Below are positions 1 through 13,985 of a DNA stretch of 64,000 nucleotides, one piece after another. Source of the stretch: Octopus vulgaris (lineage: Eukaryota); assembly GCA_951406725.2 (NCBI GenBank), contig OX597821.1, forward strand, positions 75,888,001 to 75,952,000. Direction: 5' to 3'. The notes beneath the pieces are model-generated. The model saw only the letters and a program-made list of their open reading frames with translations. It was not told the DNA's origin and searched no databases. Every line of letters begins with the position of its first letter. Within the stretch, counting starts at the first letter, position 1. Position numbers and translations under genes: made by a program.

Positions 1-116
1 TTCTTGAGAGTTGAGGAGACTTGTGGTCAGCAAGCCTCAAGATAAGTTCCCTCCTAACTAACTAACTAATAAAAATTAATTAATTAATTAATTAATTAAT
101 AATAATAATAATAATA

Positions 117-188
<72 letters not shown>

Positions 189-191
<3 letters not shown>

Positions 192-965
192 TAGTTTTAT
201 TTTTATTTTTATAGCGTGCTTTCACTTCACTACCGAGCGCAGCTCTGTGTGCCTTGGGTATGTGCTGTGATTTGTTGTGATGCTCTGATGGTTATTGTAT
301 GGAAAGTGTTCTGCGTAGGATGTGTGCAGTGCCTAGTAGTGCAATTTTCTGTATGTTATATGTGTTTGTAAGTCCTGGTGTTTTTGTTATGTATTTGTCT
401 GAATATTTTTTTATCATGCCTAATGCACCTACTATGATAGGAAGTGTTTCTGTTTTCAGATTCCACATTCTAGTTACCTCTATTTCCAGGTCTTTGTATT
501 TTGAGAGTTTCTCCATTTCTTTTAGAGACACGTTGTCATCTGCCGGTACTGATACATCAATTAGAAAGCATTTTTTTCTTCATGGTCTCTGACAACTATA
601 TCTGGTCTGTTGGCCTTAATTTCTCTATCTGTGTGTATCGGCATATCCCAGAGTATGGTTGCTTTCTCGTTTTCTGTGACCTTTTCTGGTGTGTGCCTAT
701 ACCATCTTTTTTCTGTTGTTATTCCATAATGTTGGCATAGCTTCCAATGTATGTAAGTTCCAACTCTGTCATGTCTGTGAATATATTCCTTCTTAGCCAG
801 GACTGGGCAGCTAGAGATAATATGATTTATTGTTTCTTGTCCATCTCCACATATTCTGCAGTTACTTGTAATATTTCTTTTCATTACATGTTTTTGGTAA
901 TTTCTGGTGGGGAGGCTTTGGTCTTGTGCTGCAATTAAAAATCCCTCTGTTTCTGCTTTGAGTCC

Positions 966-967
<2 letters not shown>
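189..967 (-). mobile_element. 5'-truncated R4/Dong-clade (RLE) non-LTR retrotransposon: CCHC knuckle, restriction-like endonuclease and 3' UTR, flanked by (TAA)n on both sides
   Basis: ORF 561..884 has CRIC..ETINHIISSC, RHD and NRPDIVV. ORF 292..531 has EKLSKYKDL..PIIVGALG..KIALLGTAHILRR. The two are joined by one frameshift at a T-run (~571-577). (TTA)n tracts lie at ~117-188 and ~967-1038. Confidence 0.92.
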
Positions 968-1038
<71 letters not shown>

Positions 1039-1039
<1 letters not shown>

Positions 1040-1563
1040 GAGTGCGAGAGCAGTGCATGCCATCAAAATGACACTGGGGTAAAATATACGAAACCCAGTA
1101 TACCCATCATAACAAACCTGTCTGATAAGTGTACACTAGGCACATGCATCACAACCATATTTGTGCGACATGGTGATCTCATATCAAGGTCAACAGCACA
1201 TGACCTTGTAGGTGGGGCCCAGTTAGAATTTTCTTCTGGTCGATTAGCCCATCCTGCTCAAATGGTCCCTGAATAAGGGTTGTTTAAGGATGTTGAACGA
1301 AACACCCATGTTCCCAGAGGTGAATTATTCAATCCCCAAAGAATCCCTCTCAACACACGGTTATGATGCTCCCCGACTACTTCTGCTCGTGATCAGAGAT
1401 GCACATATCATCAGCCACTAAGGGACATGCTCAACTGGTTATGGTCAAACAACCGACAAGCAAATCTGTGTGTATTGAGCAGAATATTTGCTGTAGCCCA
1501 TCTTTTATACCAAGACAAAACAATGTACATGATAACACTTCCAATCAGTTAAGATCAGAAGCC
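1039..1563 (-). mobile_element. Non-coding ~525 bp retroposed element with (TAA)n tail, inserted in a TAA microsatellite (copy 1)
   Basis: Near-identical to 41954-42545. Bounded by (TTA)n at both ends. No credible ORF. Confidence 0.75.
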
Positions 1564-1588
1564 ATTATTATTATTTTTATTATTATTA

Positions 1589-1639
<51 letters not shown>

Positions 1640-1640
<1 letters not shown>

Positions 1641-4180
1641 GATAGCCGAAGAGAAGGAACACACTGAGTTGAAAACCAGGGAAGTAAGGACCCAGCCGCC
1701 TTGGTGGGCTACCTTGATAGAGATTGTGTCTTGATAAAAACACCAGTTGGTAGTAATTTAAAAACACACCTCATGACTGTAAATGTCAAGCAAAATAGAT
1801 GACGATAACGGTGTGAACGGGACTGGAACCAGTGGTGAAGGTGGCGCCCCTGTCAGGCGCCCTAGTGTGCAGCACGGTTGTCCCGGTCTTAATCTAGCAA
1901 CTGCTAGCCATTCTACAAGACGTAAGTGGAGTAAACAGATAAACATGATTGTCATGGAGTGTTACTACCGGAGCATCCTAGTGGATGCATATGGCGTGCC
2001 TGTCGGATGGTTAACCGAATTGGAGGTAGAAGCTATTAAAAGAAGAATATCGGTGGGTGAAGCTGAGCATTCGAGAAATGAAAGTGGTATAGTGCAAGTG
2101 ATGGACAATTGCACTATACAGTGAATTCGGAAAAAATCGAGATCAGTGACTACTCAAACAATGAATAATAGACAGAATTTCGGAACTATCAAATACAGAA
2201 GGGACAGAATTTATGTGCGACTTTATGAAGGCTAACCAATGGAGACTATATCAGGAGACGAATAAAGTCAATATTGTACTGAGAAACATCGAAACAAAGT
2301 ACTTGACACAAACAAATTATCAGGGCTGCTAGTAGGATTGTGGCGGAAATGATGGGATTGAGAACTACTGAGAATAGAACAGCGATGGATAGAAGAGGAA
2401 ATAAACAAACTTGGTGGAAAAAGAGAATTTCTGAAGATACACACTCATTGAACAGTGTAGTATCGATACTTGTCAGAAACCGAAATGGAGAACTTAAGAG
2501 TGAATGGAAATTCGAAAAAATTAGGAAAAAGTATGAATGTTGTAATTGAAGAACTGAAGAAGCACATACGTGAAAAAAAGCAAAGCTAACTAGCTTTGAA
2601 CAACGGATTAAGCAATACCGGCAAAGCAATTTGCTTAGAACCGACCAAAAATGATTTTACCACGAGATTAATGATGATAAAAAACGTGAAAGATTAGTCC
2701 CCGATGATGAAAGTCGACTTTTCTGAGGTAAGATATGAAGTAAGCCTGAAGAAAGCAGCTTCTTGTCCCCAGCAAGAGGCTATCCACTTCACAGAAGTAT
2801 GAGTTAAAAGATAAGCAACTGGAAAGAAGCAGGTGTACAGGGATTTGGGATAAAAAAAGTTCAGGAGTTGCCATAAATTGATTGCAGAGCAATTTAGTGC
2901 ATTCATCAATGGAGAAATCCTGGTCTGGCTGACAAAAGAACGAACGGTGTTGTGCCTGAAGCCTGCATCAAAGGGAAATACTGCTGACAATTACAGACCA
3001 ATTTCCTGCCTCCCATTTATGTGGAAGTTACTGTCAGGAGAGATTGCAGAAGAACTGTATACATTTCTTGATAAGAGCAATATATTACTGCCGGAGCAAA
3101 AAGGCTGTTAAAAGAGATGCAGAGGTCCCAAAGATCATCTTTTGATAGACGAAATGGTAATGCAAGATTGTAGACGAAGGAGAAGAAATCTGGGAACGGC
3201 CTTGATAGACTATCACAAAGTTTATGATATGATTCCACATTCGTGGATCATCGAGTGCTTAGATCTGTTTGGAATTGCGAGGAATGTAACGAGTTTCCTG
3301 AAGAGAAGTATGGTGGGATGGAAAATTGGACTGACATCTTACGGAAACAGCTTGGGGATCCTGGATATTAGAAGAGGGATTTTCCAGAGTGAAAGCTTAT
3401 CTCCGTTGCTTTACGTTCTCTGCATGATACCCCTGATCTTGATACTTAGGAAAACGAACCCGGGGTACCAACAAAAGGGAAAATCCCAAATGATCAACCA
3501 CATCCCCTTCATGGATGATTTGAAACTGTATGGCAAAGATGAGGCACAAGTCAGTTCCTTGGTGAACACGGTCCACTGTTTTAGTACTAATATTAGAATG
3601 GAATTTGGACTCAAGTAGCACGGAATAATCTACAGTCCCTAGCAGCAATAGAATTACCGTAGAGAAACCTGATTAAACAAACTGAAACGGAAGGATACAA
3701 ATACCTTGGTGTACTAGAGTTCAAAGAAATAATGAAAAAGGAAATGAATGAGCAACTGAGGATGGAGTATTTCCGAAGACTGAGGCTGGTGTTGCGCTCA
3801 AAGCTGACTGGATGGATTAAAATCCAAGCAGTTAATACGAGGACGATTGCATCACTTCTGTATGGAACGGGAATTATAAAATGGCAAAAGAGAGAAGATA
3901 CATCAGAAACTGGACATTGTTGTGGTGAACAAAAAAGAAAGAACATGCATGATAATCGACATAGCATGCCCTGGTGACAACAAGATCAATGTGAAAGAAG
4001 AAGAAGAAAAAACACCTATGACGATTTAAAGTGGGAAATACGAAGGTTGTGGACAATGAAGAGTGTAGACGTAATACCAATAGTAATTAGTGCAGTTGGA
4101 AGTATCAGCACTCAACTACCAGAACTAGTACAAATGTAAGGAAAGTACACCTACAAAAATCAGCATTGCTTGGACCAACT
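1640..4180 (+). mobile_element. Degraded, internally deleted R4/Dong-clade LINE (N-terminus, RT and C-terminal end of the RLE)
   Basis: RRKWSKQINMIVMECYYRS at 1783-2124. NYRPISCLPFMWKLLSG..LLPEQKGC at 2878-3111. IDYHKVYDMIPHSWI..RGIFQSESLSPLL..FMDDLKLY at 3142-3618. VIPIVISAVG..LQKSALLG near 4070-4175. Many stops and frameshifts. Confidence 0.9.
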
Positions 4181-4399
4181 CCATTGTAAAGATCGACCCC
4201 CCACCTTCCTTTGGCCGGGAAAAGCAGACAGCTTTTCTCTCTGACTGGTGGCTATTGTGGAAGAGGTTGTGCCACTTAACACCTACTAAACGGCAAAGAG
4301 AGAAATAAGTATATCACGTGTATATTCAACTGTGAAATTAATAACGTCATCTGATCAGGTGAACTCCTGCACAAGTACTTCGAGTTTACAGACGCTCGG

Positions 4400-5210
4400 A
4401 AAAGAAATACTCATCGTAACAGTACAAAGATATAGATGGACATCTATCCAGCGAGCTAGAGGATACCAACAGTATTGAGAGGAACAATGACCTCTCGTGG
4501 AACTAAGATAATTCCATCACATTTCACATAGAACGCAATGACTTTGTTTTCCAAGAAGAGAAGATTACTTTTAAATCCCTGATCAACAAAACGGATAAGG
4601 ATGTTTCTAATCCTCTCCACCTTGTGATAGAAAGTATCGATTGTGCAATACTTGTATGGAAGAAACCATTCATGTCATCAGTATCTGTTCAAACATGTAT
4701 GCGAGATTTTACCTTCCCAAGAGATGACATAATTGCGAAAATGGTCTGCGATGCGATATGCTGGAAGAATTGTTCTAGCGGCCAAGCCCAAAGCCTACCT
4801 TAACCAGAGTGTCACACCTTAAAAATTAACGAATACTGATGGAACTTTCCAATAAAAACGGCAACGTTGTCTAAGCAGAATAGGCTAGATACAGTTGTAT
4901 GGAGCCGATAGAAAAAGTCATCCCGTGTTGTAGGGATGTGTTGTTCAGTAGATGTGAATGACTCTTCAAACATTGGAGAAAAGATTAGCTACAGAGAACA
5001 AATGAGAAACCAACAGTTCTTATATCCGCGATATAGAGTTTCATTTGTTCGTAAGGTCACTGGGTTACGTAACAACAGATTTACATACAAATTTAAAAGA
5101 GCTGAAATTCTCCAAAAGAGAACGGAACATTCTGATTTGTATATTCCAAAGACACTTTGATAAGAGGAACCATAAAGATTTGTAACGCATTTCAGATTCA
5201 CTTTCGAAGT
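4400..5210 (+). mobile_element. Highly degraded C-terminal (CCHC/RLE) remnant of another RLE-clade LINE
   Basis: Manual translation gives ETIHVISIC, NFPIKTATLSKQNRLDTVVW, CCSVDVND..EK and QFLYPRYRV. Confidence 0.6.
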
Positions 5211-5690
5211 TCTTGGGTGAACATATACACACTGGCGACTATGTACTTACCAGCCATGTGTTGGTTGTATGTTTCTATTATCAGAAATATTTACTTTACA
5301 AATCAACACGTGACTTGTGATGCATGAGAATAACGGTTAAGAAATGTTTCGCGGGAAAATCTACCCGGATGCGATTAGAATATATGAAACAACACAAGAA
5401 TCAAATATGTTTAATTCAGTTCTTGAAAACGAGACAAAAATTCTAGAAATATCTGACTTGACGAAGTTTACAAAACAAAAAGAAAATATTAAAAATTCGA
5501 AAAAAAAACACGTTAAAACTTGAATACAGTTGTGTATTGAAATATATTAAATACAGTTGTGTGTACTTAATGTAACATACACATATATGTGTGAGTGTGT
5601 GTGTGTATGTGTGTGTAAGTGTGTGTGTCTGTGCGTGCGTATGTATATATATCTATATGTATGTATATGTATATATGTATCCAAACACAA

Positions 5691-5769
<79 letters not shown>

Positions 5770-6011
5770 TATACATACACATACATCAACATGTATTCGT
5801 TTAATTGTTTCGATCAGATTATTCTGAGGCATCTTTATATTATATATGTGCGTGATGTATGTGCATATGTGTGTCTGGGCATGTACATACAAATACACAA
5901 AAACGGAATTTTTGTAGATAGATAGACAGACAGAGAGACGAACAAAAGAGATCATTGTATATATGAATAAAGATTCGGTTATATTAGATGAATGGATCTA
6001 CAGACAAATCG

Positions 6012-6098
<87 letters not shown>

Positions 6099-6328
6099 CA
6101 TACCTAGATGCATGCTTGTTTACAAACTGCCATGCATACGAATATTAAGCCGAGTTAAATACACAAACACATGTTAAAGTAATAAAAGAGATATTCTCGA
6201 AAACAATGCAAAAAAGGATTTATAACATTCTGTCTTTATTTGCTCTCGTGTGTGTCTTTATTGTTGCCATTTTTTTAAAAAACGTTTTTAAAGGAGAGAA
6301 AATGCTGCAATGAATACGTTCACACACC

Positions 6329-6369
<41 letters not shown>

Positions 6370-6682
6370 AATACACAAATACACAAATAATTGATGGAAT
6401 TTTCGAGCAAGTTGAAAAGATCCTCAACGCTTGGTATATTTCCAATGTTTTCAACGATCCAAATTCACTTCAAGTTTCAACTCCGTCGAAATAGTTTTAT
6501 TCATTTATCTTCTTCTTCTTCATTTTTCTTTATTCAATCTCAGCATTCATATTCCGAGATTCCTCTCTCTATCTCTTTCTCCGCCTCTTTCACACACACA
6601 CATACACACACACATTCTCAACATCTTTTGCATTCTTCTGAGTTTGTATGCTGGAAAGTCGTGTCGACAGCAGGGACCACTT

Positions 6683-6701
6683 CGGCCACTAGGTGGCGCT
6701 T
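6683..6701 (+). promoter_or_regulatory. CTCF-like binding motif
   Basis: CGGCCACTAGGTGGCGCTT matches the bilaterian CTCF core CCAC(C/T)AG(G/A)(T/G)GGCGC. It lies in sequence not repeated within this window. Confidence 0.55.
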
Positions 6702-7254
6702 ACTAAAGTTGTGCGTGCAATGTTCTCATCCATTTGTTCTCACCCCTTAACGCCGGTCCCCGTTCATAAACAGTCAAAGTCTATTAGACAACCGAAAGAC
6801 TCCCTGCGTCTACAAGGAGAACGAAGAGAAGACAATGAGATTTTCACTCTGCTCCTTGTATTGAATTATTCATTTCTTGTCAGTTTTAAAGGTTTGGGAG
6901 AAAGTTGCAGAAATTCGGAAGCCGCATCAGGTGTCTTCACCAATTAGCAAGATTAGTCCGGAGTTCTAAACTAGTCTGTCAGAATTGTTGGGTTGTACTT
7001 ATACCAACGGACAATTTATCGTCTCAACTGATGCCTGCCAACAACACTCAAACAAACCAACACAACGATATATATAAATCAATCCAAAGTATATATTTCA
7101 CAATTCACAAGCATAGATACATTGTATCGCGGTTCTAATGCGTGTGTGCTTGTGTGTGAGAACGTTCGAATATGTGGATGCACGCTTCTTTACACGTGAA
7201 TAGGCATGTACATGCATTACGTTTGTATGTGTGGGAGTGTGCGTGTGTGTGTGT

Positions 7255-7327
<73 letters not shown>

Positions 7328-7575
7328 CATCATAATTATTATTATTATCATTATCATTATTATTATTAAGGCGAAATGCTTAGCGGTATTTCGTCTGTCT
7401 TCGTGTTCTGAGTTCAAATGACAACGGAGTCGACTTTGCCTTTCATCATTTCGGGATCGATAAATTTAAGTACCAGTGAAGCCCTGGGATCGATGTTGTC
7501 GAATTACCACTTCCCCCTAATTTCAGGCCTTGTGGCTGTAGTAGAAAGGATTATCATTATCATTATTATTATTGC

Positions 7576-7621
<46 letters not shown>

Positions 7622-7762
7622 GTTGTTGTTGTTGTTGTTGTTGTTGGTGTTGGTGGTGGTGGTGGTGGTGTTGTTGTTGTTGTTATCATTACTATTATTG
7701 TTATTGTTGTTGTTCTTGTTGTTTTTCTTGCTGTTTTTCTTTTTTTGTTGTTGTTATTATTA

Positions 7763-8160
7763 GGGCGGCGAGCTGGCAGAATCGTTAGCACGCCGGGTAA
7801 AATGCTTAATGGAATTTCGTCTGCCGTTACGTTCTGAGTTCAAATTCCGCCGAGGTCGACTTTGCCTTTCATCCTTTTGGGATTGATAAATTAAGTACCA
7901 GTTACGCACTGGGGTCGATATAATCGACTTAATCCGTTTGTCTGTCCTAGTTTGTCCTCTCTGTGTTTGGCCCCTTGTGGGTAGTAAAGAAATATGTATT
8001 TCGTCTGTCTTTACGTTCAGAGTTCAAATTCCGCCGAGGCCGACTTTGCGTTTCATCCTTTCGGGGTCAATAAATTAAGTACCAGTTGAATACTGGGGTC
8101 GATATTATCGACTCTTCCCCTCCCCTCCAAAATGGCAGCCCTTGTGTAAAAATTTGAAAC
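7763..8160 (+). mobile_element. tRNA-headed SINE family B (Meta-domain-like GCCTTTCATCCTTTCGGGGTCGATAAATTAAGTACC), dimeric copy; partial copy at 7369-7550
   Basis: A-box-like GGCGAGCTGGCAGAATCGTTAG and B-box-like GAGTTCAAATTCC. Recurs many times in the window. Confidence 0.85.
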
Positions 8161-8286
8161 CACTACTATTATCATTATCGTTATTATTGGTAATAATAGT
8201 AATAATAACAATTAGCAGATGCTATTGAGTGACTCAAGAGCCGAGAAATTCGTGGATTGAGTTCTATGTTTCCTGTTTGCATTACA

Positions 8287-8342
<56 letters not shown>

Positions 8343-8391
8343 CTGTGTGTGCCTGTGTCTGTGTGTATATGTATGAATGTGTGTGTTTATA

Positions 8392-8431
<40 letters not shown>

Positions 8432-8471
8432 CATACATACATACATATACAGACAGACAGAAAAACAGGCA

Positions 8472-8660
8472 GACATGCCCAGCGGAGGTGAACGTACATT
8501 CAAAACTCCAGGAAAAAGAGAGCACTTATGAGCCATTTAAGGAAGAGCTTACAATTCTTGTACCCTGACTATAAATTCTCCTCTGTATCTATCGTGACAG
8601 GTGCATTAGAGTATATTCCAACAAATTTACTCAAAACTCAGAGCTGCTGATGTTTTCGAA
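8472..8660 (+). mobile_element. Small RLE-endonuclease remnant
   Basis: Translates to CPAEVNVHSKLQEKESTYEP / LQFLYPDYKFSSVSIVTGALEYIP, resembling the 4936-5100 remnant. Confidence 0.55.
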
Positions 8661-8857
8661 AACGAGAGGAAACGGATCTCGGATTGGATTTTTTCTTTCC
8701 TCATTATTATCTTTCTTCTGCGACGTTAATGAAATAAGCTTTTCCGAAGGATTTCAATATATCTCTCTTACTCCTGTCTCTGTCTTTCCTTCATTTTCTT
8801 TGTTTTTTTGTACAATTTTGGACCTTATATGTGTGTGTGTATGTACGTATGTATATA

Positions 8858-9250
8858 TCATCATCATCGGCATCGTTTAACGTCCGCTTTCCATCCTGGC
8901 ATGGGCTGGACGGTTTGACTAAGGGCTAGCAAGCCAGAAGGCTGCGCTACGCTCCAGTCTGATTTGGAAGAGTACGCACGTACACACACACGCACACACA
9001 CATACATATGTATATATACATATATACATATATAAATATATATCATCATCATTTAACGTCCGTTGTCCAAGCTGGCATGGGTTACGAGGGTTTGACCAGG
9101 GCTGGCAAGCTGGGCGACTGCACCAGACCCCAGTCTGATTTGACATGGTTTTTTATGGCTGGATACCCTTCCTAACGCCAACCACTTCCCAGAATGTGCC
9201 GGGTGTTTTTACGCGACAATGTACAGTCGCTTTTTTCGTGGCACTGGCAA
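8858..9250 (-). mobile_element. Two tandem RTE-derived non-autonomous (SINE-like) fragments with (GAT)n tails
   Basis: CATCAT..TTTAACGTCCG..GGCATGGG occurs twice (~8860, ~9044). GGCTGGATACCCTTCCTAACGCCAACC resembles an RTE 5'-UTR motif. Confidence 0.65.
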
Positions 9251-9300
9251 AAGTCGCTTGCAGGTCGACATTACAAAGGCTCTAATTGCAATGATATGGT

Positions 9301-9400
9301 ATATATATTCATACCTGTATATATTCATAACTGTATATATATTCAGAGCTGTATACATTCATACCTGTATATATTCAGAGCTGTATATATTCATACCTGT
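9301..9400. repeat. ~16 bp minisatellite (ATATATTCATACCTGT variants, about 6 units)
   Basis: Direct tandem units are visible. Confidence 0.8.
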
Positions 9401-9753
9401 CTATAGTGGGTTTCCACTCGCAGTCAAGTAAGCCTACTTCCTAAGGTAAGAATTTGTTATGAATGTATAAAGAATTGTACTGTACCGAAACCACATTCCA
9501 GCGAAATCAGCTACAACACCAGAAACCAACTGCTCTTGCGGTATTTTCTAATGAGCGAATTTTCGGTCCCAGTAATTCAAATACTTGTTAACTCATAACT
9601 AGGGCCCCAACAAGTTCTACTACATCGGGTCAGAGTAAATTTGGGAACGATGGTGGCTAAGAGGTGGGTCCACATTTCTCAAAACCCTGGATAATCCCGT
9701 ACCTTATCCCTATTACCGGATGCAGTTTGAAATTTTACCCAGACTATATATAT

Positions 9754-10138
9754 TCTTTTATACGTTTACTTGTTTCATCACTTGACTGCCGCCATGCTGG
9801 AGCACAGCCTTTAGTCGAACAAATCGGCCATATATAAACGTAGTACTTATTTTATCAGTCTCTTGTGCCGAGTCGCTAAGTTCCGGGGACGTAAACACAC
9901 CAACATCGGTTGTCAAACGGTGGTAGGGAGAAAACGACACACGCACAAACACAAGCACACACACACACACATATACGAGGGGCTTCTTTCAGTTTCCGTC
10001 GGCCAAATCCACTCACGAGGTTTTGATGGGCCCGAGGCTATAGTAGAAGACACTTGCCCAAGGCGCTATGCAGTGGGACTGAACACGGAACCATGTGGTT
10101 GGTAAGCAAGGTTCTTACCACACAGCCATACCTGCACC
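9754..10138 (-). mobile_element. tRNA-headed SINE family A (CORE-like domain, internal microsatellite, tail CAGCATGGCCGCAGTCAAATGACTGAAAC)
   Basis: Homologous to more than 15 copies in the window. Confidence 0.85.
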
Positions 10139-10523
10139 TTATATATATATATATAAACGGCAGTTTGTCTGTGTGCGTGTCTGTGTGTCTGTCAGGTTGT
10201 ACCCTCACCCTGACCACGGCTTTCAACCGATTCTGATGAAACTTGACACACACATAGCCCAATGTCATAATTCAAAACTAACGCAGCGAAAATTTTGAAA
10301 AGTTCCCCCAGTTCTGAAAAAAATCGATAAATTCGACATGAGGTCAAAAATCAGAAACACAAACCACAGCCTGTCTAGGGGACGCAACTCAACCTTTTTA
10401 ACTCTCAAAAAAATTTACCATCATTTTTTCCCCATTTTTTTGCTATTTTTTGGCTATAACTCTCTAAAAATGCTTTATAGTTATTTCCCTTACAAACCCG
10501 AGCAACGCCGGGCGATACTGCTA

Positions 10524-10524
<1 letters not shown>
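10139..10524 (+). mobile_element. Non-autonomous Helitron
   Basis: (TA)n-rich start, (CTGT)n-like block and ACCGATTCTGATGAAACTTG motif. Subterminal hairpin CCCGAGCAACGCCGGG (10497-10512). Terminal CTAG (10521-10524) followed by T. Confidence 0.75.
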
Positions 10525-10565
<41 letters not shown>

Positions 10566-10736
10566 GTGTGTGAGTGCAGTGCATCGGACTCTAACAGTCT
10601 ATAACTGCAAATTCACCGTAGCATCTCTTCTCGAAGATAAGTTTAATAAACGTGTTCCGTACAAAAAGTATGAAGTGTTCAGTTTCATATTAAATAGTGT
10701 TTAAATAAAACTGGGCAACAAAGCAAACATTCGTGC

Positions 10737-10929
10737 GGGCGTGGCTGTATGGAAAGAAGTTTATTTCCCAACCACAAAAGCTATGGAGTTCGGTTCCACT
10801 ACGTGGCGGCACTTTTCGTACGTATCTTCCACTAGTAGTGGATTTCGTAGACAGAAACTGAAAGAAGCCCGTCCATTCTTTCTCTCTCCATTCCTGTGTG
10901 TGTGTATCTATCTGTCTTTGTGTATGTGT

Positions 10930-10970
<41 letters not shown>

Positions 10971-11187
10971 TGGTGGGGTGGAGGTGTCTGTATATTTGTT
11001 TGTTCCCTATCACCGCCCGAAAAATTGTGATGTTTTCACGTTCCCGTCACTTAGCTCTTCAGCAAAAGACCCCGATAGAGTATGTACCAGGCTTTAGAAA
11101 AAATAACACGTACTGGGATCGATACCTTGGCCTAAAATTCTTCAAGGCGGTACCCCAGCATGGCCGCAGGCCAATGACTAAAGCAAT
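10737..11187 (+). mobile_element. SINE family A, diverged; an internally deleted copy follows at 11410-11650
   Basis: Head, CORE-like and tail motifs are recognisable. Confidence 0.75.
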
Positions 11188-12081
11188 TTAAAAAATACAT
11201 ACATATGATATAATATCAGGAAATTAATATCAGAAAATTATATACATGCGTAGAATAATTATTGTATTAAAAATATAAATATATATAATAACATATGTAA
11301 ATATGTATAAGCATAAATATATAATAAGAAATATGACAGTTTAAAATTTAATAGTTTAAATTAAGCTTCTAAAGCATCTTACGATCTTATATATATATAT
11401 ATTTATATACAAGCATGGATTTGTGGTAAGAAGCTTGATTCTCAACATGGTTCTGGGTTCAGTCCCACTGCGTGGCACCTTGGGTAAGTGTCTTCTATTA
11501 TAGCCTCGGGCCGACCAGAGCCCTCCGAGCACATTTGGTAGATGGGAACTGAAAGAGACCCGTCGCTTGACAACCGATGTTAGTGTGTTTACGTTCCCGG
11601 TACAGCTGCATAGCCTCAGTCAACTGACTGAAACAAGCAAAAGAATAAAAAAATATACATATATGCACACACTCACACACACACATGTGTGTGTGTATAC
11701 ATATGCATGCACATACATCTTTACATGCACGCACACATACACGCAAATACCTATAGCCAAGCGAGGAGCTATTGACGATCACTTTATGAGCAGTAGTAGT
11801 AGTGTAAGCGGAATATAATAGCGGATTCTTCTCAGCATACAAACGCACACACATACAACAATGAATGTGCATCTGTCTGCACGTAGGTATGCGTCTGTTT
11901 ACTCACGCCTCCCCATCTGTCGAACAAGGCAAACACACAGTCATATGACAACATCCGTCCACGCACTTGCACGCTGAAACATACATAGGCACATACAACG
12001 TTGTGTATATATATATATACAGATAGAGACAAAGATTGACAGAGAGATACATACATGGATTGACTGATGTGTGTACGTGTG

Positions 12082-12151
<70 letters not shown>

Positions 12152-12208
12152 GGTATATAAGTGTACATACATATATGTATATATATGTATATGTGCGTGT
12201 ATTTAAAG

Positions 12209-12284
<76 letters not shown>

Positions 12285-12341
12285 GTATATATATATAGAT
12301 ATATATATATATAGATAACTGCAAATACACGCACACACAGA

Positions 12342-12398
<57 letters not shown>

Positions 12399-12587
12399 GT
12401 GTTGTTATATTTGTGTATATATATAATGTATATCCATACAGACACACACACACGAATATTTATATATATACGTGTGTGGCAATACCCACACGAACGCGCA
12501 CACATACACGCATACACACATAAATATGCACAGAAATAATAGCTACACACACACACACTCACAGCCACAGAAAAGTATATTTGTGTA

Positions 12588-12805
12588 CGTTAATGCTTCG
12601 ACTATCGCGGGTGTTACGATCCAAAAACCCCGATAAGTGAAAATCCGAGAAATAGAAACAGTACTACACTGTATTTTTCTTTTTGATTTTTATTATGTTC
12701 ATATATTTATTTTATTATAAATGCAAAACAACACCTCAGAGGAATCGACATACGCTTAAATAATAAATTGCGAGAGGTGAACCGCGATATAGTGAGAGAT
12801 TACTG
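12588..12805. mobile_element. Tigger/pogo-like MITE
   Basis: Degenerate TIRs (..TAAT..CGACTATCGCGG / CCGCGATATAGTGAGAGATTACTG) flanked by TA at both ends. Confidence 0.65.
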
Positions 12806-12990
12806 TACATGTATATCTAGGGGAATAATACACTTCATATACATTTGCATAGTAGTCTTGTCCTATATACTCCCGTCCGTATGCACTTTATATATTCGAA
12901 AATATAATTCATTCTAATAGAAGCATACAACTATTGGACAACATGCCTGAACACACTCACACACACACATATATACATATATATATATAT

Positions 12991-13052
<62 letters not shown>

Positions 13053-13144
13053 TATATATAGTGAGAATTTATCCAAAAAAAAACAAAAGACGAAGAAAGG
13101 CAAAAAGTAGGTGTATTAGTTTCACACTCGGGAAGTGAGAAAGT

Positions 13145-13180
13145 CTTTCACGTTTCGAGCCCACGCTCTTCCACAGAAAG
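13145..13180 (-). ncRNA. Degenerate minimal type I hammerhead-like motif (Penelope-type)
   Basis: CUUU-CUGUGGA-A-GAGC(GUGG)GCUC-GAAA-CG-UG-AAAG. A6 is U and position 17 is G, so it is probably inactive. Confidence 0.5.
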
Positions 13181-13265
13181 GAACAAGGAGAGAAAGTAAA
13201 GGTTTAGTGGCTAGCGATCTATCATGGGAATATATATATATATATTGTATGTATGTATATTTATA

Positions 13266-13985
<720 letters not shown>

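Noticed and set aside
1640-1760. HDV-like ribozyme expected at the 5' end of an RLE LINE
   Set aside because: I could not build the nested double pseudoknot by eye. An RNArobo or Infernal search would be needed.
6705-6809. Candidate minus-strand exon (pyrimidine tract-TAG ... GTAAGC)
   Set aside because: Stops in all three frames and no other support.
10210-10250. CTGATGA within the Helitron
   Set aside because: Part of the ACCGATT..ATGAAACTT motif, with no stem II-GAAA or stem I.
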